60,842 bases of DNA from Chiloscyllium plagiosum. Lineage: Eukaryota. The notes beneath the pieces are model-generated. The model saw only the letters and a program-made list of their open reading frames with translations. It had not been told where the DNA came from and searched no databases. Shown here piece after piece: positions 51,862 through 60,842 of this stretch (position 1 is its first letter; every line of letters starts with the position of its first letter). The position numbers were made by a program, and so were the translations under genes. The DNA is taken from positions 11,031,288-11,092,129 of the forward strand of contig NC_057718.1 of NCBI RefSeq assembly GCF_004010195.1. The letters run 5' to 3'.

Positions 51862-52050
51862 AGACAAAACCAAAGTCCCAAAGAAACTCAGTAGTCTGGC
51901 AGCTTCTGTGGAGGGACAAACAGCGTTAGCAGTTTGAGTCCAATATGACACTCGATTTGCTTGACTTGTTTCTCACTGGGTAGATGCTGTCAGACCTAGT
52001 TTGTTTTATTTCAGACCTCCAACATCTACACAACTTGGCTTTTATTTTAT
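51862..52050. mobile_element. Fold-back PLE family-C fragment
   Basis: AGAAACTCAG..GTCTGGCAGC.TCTGTGGAG followed by the inverted AGATGCTGTCAGACC...TTTCAGA.CTCCA.CATCT. Confidence 0.65.
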
Positions 52051-53117
52051 GGAAAGTACTTGAAATTATAAATGTGTCAGCATTACCAGGACTGTATATG
52101 AAAGGTGGTTTGAAAGATTAGTTTGACCTATTTTCCCTTCTGTCCAAAAAAAGTTACCAGTTTTTTCCCTTGAAGCTTGCTTTAAATGAATCAACAGTGT
52201 AATAAATATTCTTTATTTAGAGTGAACCTGAAACCTTCAGACATGTTTTGTAATCGTCCCTGAAATGCTTGCATTCTGAGTATTCATCACTGCAAGTTTA
52301 GTCAGGCAGCTATCAGACTTGTAATGCATTTATTTCTGTCAGCAATGTCTCAACTTGCCAGTCAGAATGCTGAGTGATGGATTCTGCATTCCTCTTTACA
52401 GTGATGTTTCCTCACTCCTAAATGTTTGCAAAAGCAACTACAGTAAATTGACTCAGGCACACCACAACCTGTACCATTCAGATCCGACAGTCCTATGTCT
52501 AGTTCTTAGACCAGGTAATTGGTGTTAGCAATGTTAGCATGGAGTGGGGTTGGCTGCTATGTTTGTTCTTGACAGCCTGGGGAAAAGAACAAAAACAGCC
52601 ATGGTGTCCCTGATCATAATCCAGTGATCATGCTCATTCATAAAACCTCCCAACCACTGCCACATGTGGATTCAGCCATTTTTTTCAGCCCTCACAAGAA
52701 ATATGTAATGAGCATGCGAGTTGCTGGCATCTGTTAAAGTTTGACAGTTTGAAGTCAACACATGAAGGGGGGAAATTAGGGTAGAGCAGAATTAACTAAA
52801 ATTCCTCTTTGCTTCTGGGACTCTGAGCAACAGGATTTATTTGTTTTTATTGTGGATGATGCTGGCAGGTTGCATTTATTGTTCATCCCTGGTGCAAATG
52901 TTTGATGTTTTCACACCTGTCTTCCCAAGTAAGCTACTTAAAAGCCTTGAGAGGAGTCAGGCAGGATGTGCTCTCCAGTTTCAACTGCCTGTAATGGCAT
53001 TCTTTTTTTCAGTTGCTAGTTTGTGTAAATATTTTGCACAGTGATTCAAAATTTTATGATCAAGATTTCTCATTGCAATGCTAATTCAGCAGCTAAACAT
53101 TTTTATCCTTTTTTTAA

Positions 53118-54128
53118 AAAAAGAGGACCTGTGTTCATGAAGTGCCTGACACCACCTCATGATATCTCCTAATGGCTTTACAACTAATAAAGTATTTTCA
53201 ATATGTCATTATTGTAAGTTAGAAAAAGTTGCTGCTGTATGTGCACAGCAAGCCTTTGTAGCCAGGCATGAATTAATTGTCAGCTGGTCTCTTTTTGTAA
53301 TGATGTGGTTGGGGAATAAATATTCAACAGGACAACAAGGATGACTTCCATGGTCTTATGTAAAAGTGTGTTGTGCAATTCTTATGTCAATTTGAAAGGG
53401 ACGAGGCTTTAACACTTCACCTGAAAGATGTGTCATGAAGTTGGTCCTTTTCTCAAGGATACTGTGTCCTTGGTTTTTTTTCAAAGGTGTTGTAAAACAC
53501 TCAGGTTCCAAATCGACTGGTTTGGGACAGAGATGAAAGGGTATTGTGAAGCCTTTTGTTTATATGTAAACTGATGAGATTTTATGCCAAAGCTTTGCTT
53601 TAGAAGTGACCTTAATAATGAAAGGGGAGCGGTCAGTCCTGAAAACTAGAGTTAAGTTAGAGCCAGTTTAGCAGCGGGCTGCTAGACTCTCTCTCCTTCT
53701 GCCCTTCGAACTTCAAGCTGTAAGCCTTTGTTTAATTTTACTCTGTGTTTAAGGGAGTTTGTTTATTGAGACTGTTGTGTATTTTCAGAACAGCATAATT
53801 AAGTCTAGTTTGGATAGACTGATGTCTGTGGGTATTCTATATTGTGTTTTTTTGTGTTTAATTTTGTGAATAAATTTTTGTCTGTTTTAAAACCTGGAAG
53901 TCAACCTAGCTAACTTATTCTGGGTAACTTAGACTGTACACTTAGCAAAACAAATTGCAAAGTTATGGTCTGGGCTGCCTGTTTAAGAATGTTTTGGGTG
54001 GTGTGGCCTAGTTCATAACAGACGGTATCTCTGATCAGCCACCCTCCCTTAGAACAGGAGAGTTTTGAGCTTAAGTCTCTGGAGTAAAACATAAGCACAT
54101 CCTTTTTTGAGGTGAGAAAGCTACTGCT
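53118..54128 (-). mobile_element. Near full-length Deu-domain SINE interrupted by a solo LTR
   Basis: GCTTTACA.CTAAT.AAGTA.TTT...GCACAGCAAG...TGATGT.GGTTG.GG.ATAAATATT...TTTAAC...CTGAAAGA; resumes at 54021 with GACGG.A.CTC...AAGTCTCTGGAGT. Confidence 0.75.
53431..54020 (+). mobile_element. 590-bp solo LTR (Gypsy-like)
   Basis: Termini TGTCATGAA...TTCATAACA (8/9 inverted), AATAAA near 53870, and 4-bp TSD GATG/GACG. Confidence 0.85.
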
Positions 54129-57029
54129 TTGTTTGTCAGAAAGCTGCCGTTGCAGATATAATTCTGCTGAGTTCTAAGTCAAATATATCAAGCTTACCTT
54201 TCGATTCATTTCCGTGCTCGGGCTGATATGCTGTACCTCCTCCAAATGCAGATGGCTGAGTTTCTCAAGGATCATATCCAGCAGCTTCCTGATTTTGCTC
54301 AGCTAGATACACCTAGTTGCCATTAGAGGGGCTATCTTTAATCTTCAATTCTGTTGCTCAAAGATAATTAATCTTCTAACACTACACTCGTGTGAATAAG
54401 CCAGAAAAGGTTTGAGTGTATAACAGTGAGATATGGATTCACTTTTGGCGTTATCAGTCTTCATGTGAAGGAATTCATTCCATCTCTTTTGTATATTCCA
54501 AAGTACGTCTGTTTTCACTTTTCAGGGAATATGGTTTCATTTTTGCTTTTCACTTTTGCATTTTTCCCCCATTTAGAGCCGGGCCTAGAGTTTTTTCCCA
54601 TAAACCCAAATATACCGCTTTACTGGCTTGTGCACTTGTAAACATTTCTAGCACCACATGTATGAAAGAGGCTATTTGTGTCAGCATTATTCTGCTTGTT
54701 AGTTCTATCATTTCCAGAGTGTCCTCTTGACCCCTGGGAGGATGTACTAAGACAGTCATGCACAGTAATCTCTTTCCTGAAGAAATGTTAGAGGTATTGT
54801 ACACAGTGCGGTTGTGGCGTTGTGACAGATGTTCACCTCTCATGTCATGTTAGCCTGTCCGTCATGCTACAACAGTGCATGGTGAGGGTGTCAACCAGCA
54901 ACTAACTGTGGCCTTGTAAATTGTTAGTTGAATAAAATAGAATAAGGCCTAATATGATCCAGGATTAGGGCCTATTTTTGCATTGTTAATCTGTTGTCAG
55001 CAATGGAGGAGGAACTCTAACCACATCCTGGATTTGCCTTTTCGTAAGTCCTGAGAGCTGCTGTCAGAGATGCACAGAGCCTGTGCTGTTCTTTATTTAG
55101 TCCTTACTCGCAGTTCCTTTTTGTTGCAATCGCACCCATTCCTCCAACAGCCATCTCCCCAGTTGCCACAGTGCCCACAAAGTGGCATTCCTCCATGTGA
55201 GGAAGGATGCACAAATAAAAGCCATGAGTTTCTGTCAAGTATCACTCTCCCATCAAGAAAATATAACACACCATTTAAATTCCAGTACACCATTAGCATT
55301 TGTTTGGAGGTCCTGGTCGAAGTGTACTGTTACTTGGCAAATCAGTTGTGTGTCTGCTACAGTTCAGCAGAATTCCACTTGACTGAAAAGTAAACAAAAC
55401 GCTTGAGTGGTATGTGTGTTGCTAAGCGTTTGGGCCACGAGAATGCTTCAGTCACCAGTCTTCAAGCTTGTGTTGTTAGTCTGTGGAGTGCGTGTTGGCT
55501 GGCTGCCTTTTGAAGTACTGCGCCTTAGTGGCAGAAAGCGGAAGAGCAAAACACACAGAAATCTGGGACAGTAGTGGTTCAAGTGAAACCTGGCTTATTG
55601 CCAGGCTAGTCCTTGGTGCCTTATTTTTGGTTTCGGCCCAGTCTGAGCACAATAAGAAATTTCAGGAATGTCACTGTTCACCTTTGGAATGAAAGTGGCC
55701 CTGTTGATTCTGGCACAGCACCTAATGGGACTGTTCCTGTCAAAAGGCTTTCTGTGCCAACAAGTTAGCTGGCCACTTGCTGCAAATCACCTTGCACGTT
55801 TTGTGTTTGTCTTATAGTTGTCTGGGAGAAACCTCTAATTATATACAGGCAGTAAACTATTTATAGAGTTTTATGATTAACCATTTATCTTGTTGGCTTG
55901 GCCTTTTTTTTGCTTCAGTTAATGTTCTCCACCTCCTTTGAGTCAGTTCCATGACACTCTTAATGGGTCTTGACTGTCGCAAGCTGACTTCAGGGACTTA
56001 GGGTGGGTCTGGGTGAGCGGGGGGGAGGTGGATAGCTGGTGGGACAAATCAGGTCTAATTAGTCTTGGCTCCAAGCTTTGTGGGGGCAGGGGTGTTAGCA
56101 AACAAATTCTACCAATAATAAGATTGCAGTTGGTGATTTGAAAAACAGGAAGAGTCTTGTGTCTTTGGGAGAAAGTGGTGTAATTGTTTTTAAATGTGCA
56201 ACTCAGTGATGTTAAATTGATTTGTTTCTTGTGCACTTGCACTGATGTACAATTGAGGAGTTTCAGTATAAACAAGCATCTGAGCAGTCTGACAGAGTAA
56301 TGGAGCAAATTGAATAGTAAGTTTCAGAAGCAGAATTTGACAAATACTGCAAGGTGGAAAAAGCTACAGAGCTGTGAGGAAAAAGTAGGGGAGTGGGACT
56401 AATTATGTCAATGGAGCAAATGGTCTTCTCTGTGCTATATCATTCTGATGGTAATTAGGTTTCAGTCTTAGCGTGATATTTTGTTATTCAATAGAGTGCG
56501 TCATTTTACCAATCCTACTCTTTATTTTGTTAACAAACCATCCACAATTTTATCATCAGATGTTGTCCAATCAAATCAGTTGATGCATCACACCCAGAAA
56601 AACAACAAATTCATCTTCATCATGGACGTGATGGGTCAAATGTCCTGTTTTGCTGTCGATACCTTACATTTGTACTTTTGAAATTGCAACATAGCATCAT
56701 ATATGAAGCAATTAGGCATATATTCCAAATAGTAAACATAAATGTAGCTCCCAGAAGTCAACAACTTATTTTAGATTTTACTGTCCCAAATTAAGACTCA
56801 ATTGTCCAAAGTATCTCGCTTGTGACTGACGAATTGATCTTGGGCATCTCCAATGCCAGAGAGAAAAATAGTGACTTTTTCTTGTTAAATACTGGTAGTG
56901 TTAGACAAGAAATATAAAGTAGCCTCTTTGAAATGTCAATGGCATGTATACCGAGTTATCGTGAACAGCATTTACTAATAAACTTAGCATCCAAGTCGCA
57001 AACAAATCTTATAAGCAGTACAAAAAAGG

Positions 57030-57160
57030 GGAATGGCCATGCTAATGACCTCTAGTGATGTAGGTTGACAAAATAATGTTGGCCAGAACCCAGGGAGCAC
57101 TCTAACCTCCTTTGACAAATGCAAAGGGATCTTTTGCATCCCTAAAGTAAGTCTGATTTG
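57030..57160 (-). mobile_element. Decayed Deu-SINE core
   Basis: TAGTGATGTAGGTTGA...TGTTGGCCAG.AC.CAGGGAG...GGGATCTTTT matches the 53290-53390 region. Confidence 0.55.
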
Positions 57161-57539
57161 ACTGTTGGGTCGTATGATCTCTTTCTGAGCTAATTAATTT
57201 GATTTCTGAGGTCCCTTCCAGAAAGGAGCTCAGCTGGCGTTTGGATATTGATCCATTGCATATATTTTGTTTGGCAGCCATAATATATGTTTTGAAGCTG
57301 TTGGTCATCTAGTTCTATGTTCACCAGATTGCTGAGTAAAAGTATTGAATCTAAAATAAGATTGCCAGTATAATTACATCGTTGTTATTTCAGCCATGAT
57401 ATTACTCATGTTAATGCTGTCTTCAGAAAATGAACCTCGCAAATACCTGAATCAAGTGAAACAGGGAAGGTGGCTGTAAGAAGAAGCAAGACTTGTAAAC
57501 CTGGGATGTCTGGTTGTATAAATTGATTCAGCCTCCTTC

Positions 57540-57640
57540 CAGAAGTGACTATGCTTCAAAAGTAATTCACTTTTTTTAAAGCACTTTGTGATGGCCTGAA
57601 GTTGAAAGGCTTTGTGTAAATGCTTGCCTCCCTTGTTTTC
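57540..57640 (+). mobile_element. 3' part of a Deu-domain SINE
   Basis: AGTGACTATGCTTCAAAAGTAATTCA...TAAAGCACTTTG...CCTGA...TGAAAGGC...TAAATGC. Confidence 0.65.
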
Positions 57641-58584
57641 TTCAGCGTGATCAATTTGTGATTTTCTGTTGTGGTCTAGCAAAAAAGCCTTGTTTCATTG
57701 TTAGTTTTGTCAATTGTGCTCCCTTCCCCTCTATATTTCCTGGTAACATTTCAGGATTCTGTGGGCACTGGTATACTCTAATAGCCTTTATTCTAGTACC
57801 GGCAAGCTGATTTTAGCCAATTGATTTCCTAGCAACAATTTCCAGTAAGATTCCCAGGCCAATTATCCTTTTCCTAACCGGAGTCCAGTTTTGACCTCTC
57901 ACCTTTTCCCCCAGGTGACATTGACTAACTTGGCACAGAATGGGAATCCATCCGGGAACCTTCTAGCCAGTGATCACAGCAGTGTTGCAGATGTTTAAAC
58001 CCACCCTCCATGTTCATCCAAGCAAGTGGGTTATTGCAGCCTTCAATGTGCAAGAATCAGAATGCCATCAGCAAAGTTCATGCACTTAGCGTGACCATTG
58101 TCTGAAGTGCTCTTTTTATGTGGAGCAACTCAAATACAGTTAGCAATTACTGACTGAACCCAACTTTGTTCAAGTCTGTGTCAGATTACTCAAAGGCTCT
58201 GACCACAGCCTCTTTACACTGCTGTGCAAGCTCTGTTCGCATGTATGGGTAATTTCATGGAAAATTTAGTCTCCCAAATTGTGTTCTGTCCTCTTTATTT
58301 CCATGACTGTTCATTTGATGAAGTGAATACCATTACTAGATTATCATCATATTAATATTTTCACTGATTTTAATTAGTTGATTTCTTGGGCTTTAGTTTC
58401 TGTTCATGAGAGGAGCAAAAACGAACCCTCTGCCAGAAACGGTGGTCGAAGCATAATCCGCACTGGTTTTATAAAAGGGAAGTGGTTAACTGTATAGAAA
58501 ATAAAGGGAAGGGCTTTGGGGCATGGGGTTAAATGGGTAACTATTTCTGAGAGCTGGATGCTTTACTTCTGTGCTTAATTTTTT

Positions 58585-59040
58585 AAAATTATATTGGATG
58601 TGGGTTTTGTTGGCTGGCTAGATCAGTATTTATTATCCTTCCCTAACTACCCTTGCAGTATATGGGCTATTTCTGAATCAGTCATATTACTGAGAGTCGG
58701 GAGTGATATTTGGGCCAGACTAGGTTAGGATGACGGATTTCCTTCACTGAAGGACATCAGTGAACGAGATTATTTTTAAACATTCGATTATGGTTAGCAT
58801 TGCACAGGTTTCCAAATATGCATCAAATTCTTCTGGATATTTACCAAATTCTTCCATGGGGAGGATTGAACCATCATGACCAAGGGCAAGCAGAAGGGAT
58901 TAGTTTAATTTGGTGTCATGTTCGGTGCAACACTGTGGGGTGAAGGGCCCATTCCTGTGCTCTACTGTTTTACATTCTAATGTTATTCTTGGATTCTGGG
59001 TTACTAGTACAGTAACATTACACCTATGTCTCTGCCTCCC
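58585..59040 (-). mobile_element. SINE family S1 with a short CR1-like 3' end inserted (~58885-58980)
   Basis: GGCCAGACTAGGT.AGGATG...TTTCCTTC.CT.AAGGACAT.AGTGAAC block shared with the 21735 copy. Confidence 0.7.
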
Positions 59041-60478
59041 CATTTAGCCAATTTTTTTTGCTGGACTTCAGCATTTGCGATAAAAAGGTTAAGGAATGTG
59101 CAGCTGGCTAAATATTTGGCTCCCCTCCCTTACTGGATTGATTTGATGTGAGAAAAAAATCTGATGTTGTAAAGGAACTGATTAGAATTTATCATCTATT
59201 ATCAAAAGACATGTCACATACATTACTAACTGCTAGCAACTTTTAATTGCTTAAGTTGAAGTTTGGTCTGAAATGTTGAGGCTTAAAGGGCCCTGAGAAA
59301 CTGTGTTCCAACTTAATAACAAAAATAGAAAGGAAACAGAAATGGAAATTCAACAGATTTTTTACTAAGCTGATTGATTCTCTGAAAGAAACAAAAAGTT
59401 ATGGAATGTACTGCTTTTTGTTTAGAAAAAGGCTTCCGCAAAATCTCTACCAGAGATAAAAATTCTCTGGGGGTTTTGAATGCTAAGGGATAGGTTACAA
59501 TGTGTAATTGGAACTTTCTTTCCACTAATCTGGACAGAATTTACATTGATTGGGTAGAAGGGTCAGCAAACAAACTGGACCACCCAGCCTCCCCGGTCTT
59601 GATGACTGACTGAACCAAATGCAGTCCAGTTTGTGTTTGTATGGAAGCAGAGCCAGGGACTTATGGCATGATCTGGGAGGCAGTTCACACATCTGGAATG
59701 AGTGGGATCTTTCTGCTATCTTGTTTTTCCCCAGTTGCAGACCATAATTCCATAGTATTACTGACAAACCACTTAATTATTCAGGTGTTTTGGATAATTA
59801 AAAATTGTCTTACTGCAAACATTGTCATGCATAATCCAAGGGTATGTAGCTGTGTTGTGAGCCAAATTACACTGTTAGACAAAGTAATCTAACAACGTTT
59901 AGATTGCCAGGAAGATGGAGGACGGGAAAAATTTCTGGCTGTATCAGCTGTTCCTTTTTTGAGGTATTTTAGGTGCTGGAGGTGATTTCCTCAAATTGCA
60001 GGAGCAGCAATTACTGTTTCATATGCTATTGCATTGTTTTGGAACTTTGGGGAAAAAAGTCAAAACGACAGCAGTTTTAAAAGGGAGAAGAATAGACAAA
60101 GGAAGCACATGGTGAGGTCATTGCAGGAGAGCGAGAACCTGCACAGTTACTGCCTTTGATGATTGAATTCGTGTATCGCTGGACGTCAGAGTGCATCTGG
60201 GAAAATTATCAAACAGTGAAATTCACAACTGATCTTGGAGAAACTGTTGGGCGAAGTTCACAGCACAGTATCAGATAAGTTAATCGTTGTTTTAAGTGTG
60301 GCCTACAGAGAATCTTCAGTCGTGAGTAGAGTAGGTTCTTTCTTGATTATATGTTTTTGGAGATATGTCTCTTTATTAAACTTAAAATATAAGCCATAAC
60401 TATGAATTTAACCTGGGCAGTGTTTGTAGAGGAATAAGACGGTGTTATTTTCTGGGTCTCTAGATTGTGAAGGAGCAC

Positions 60479-60842
60479 AAGTGGATAAATCCCCAGGAAC
60501 TGATCAGGTGTACCCTAGAACTCTGTGGGAAGCTAGAGAAGTGATTGCTGGGCCTCTTGCTGAGATTTTTGTATCATCGATAGTCACAGGTGAGGTGCTG
60601 GAAGGCTAATGTGGTACCACTGTTTAAGAAGGGTGGTAAGGATAAGCCAGGGAGCTATAGACCAATGAGCGTCACGTTGATGGTGGGTAAGTTGTTGGGG
60701 GGATTCCTGAGGGACAGGATGTACATGTATTTGGAAAGGCAAGGACTGATTATGGATAGTCAACATGGTTTTGTGCGTGGGAAATCATGTCTCACAAACT
60801 TGATTGAGTCTTTTGAGGAAATAACAAAGAGGATTGATGAGG
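60479..60842 (+). mobile_element. CR1 LINE ORF2 segment, continuing past the window end
   Basis: VDKSPGTDQVYPRTLWEAREVIAGPLAEIF, ANVVPLFKKG.KDKPGSYRP.S.T..VGKLL and QHGFVRGKSCLTNLIESFEE. Confidence 0.93.

Noticed and set aside
55398..55431. Hairpin AAACGCTT...AAGCGTTT as a pre-miRNA
   Set aside because: Only ~34 nt and dependent on many G-U pairs; too short for a pre-miRNA.

Overview
Vertebrate genomic DNA, most likely from a shark or ray, inferred from HE1-type V-SINEs, HER1-like CR1 LINEs and Deu-domain SINEs. The first ~1.9 kb is a CpG island containing coding exon 1 of a mixed-lineage kinase gene. That exon encodes an SH3 domain plus the kinase up to HRDLKSSN, best fits MAP3K21/MLK4, and ends at a GTGAGT donor at 1221. 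I found no exon 2 (TDFGLAREW...WMAPE) by eye, so the remaining ~59.6 kb appears to be intron 1. The intron is a nested collection of decayed mobile elements: CR1 and L2 LINEs, several SINE families, solo LTRs, a pogo/Tigger transposase fossil, a TA-flanked MITE and many Penelope-like element (PLE) fragments. The most notable signal is a set of minimal hammerhead-ribozyme motifs in at least four sequence-distinct PLE terminal families. Several occur as tiny (80-180 bp) stand-alone insertions with 13-16 bp target-site duplications (TSDs). Also notable are a uORF ending just upstream of the kinase start, a hairpin- and G-run-rich 35-bp minisatellite after the donor, and a c-fos-type ETS+CArG element. 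Repeat boundaries are by-eye estimates unless a TSD or terminal inverted repeat (TIR) is quoted, and family names come from recalled consensus motifs, not database searches. I do not see a clearly novel protein-coding system.
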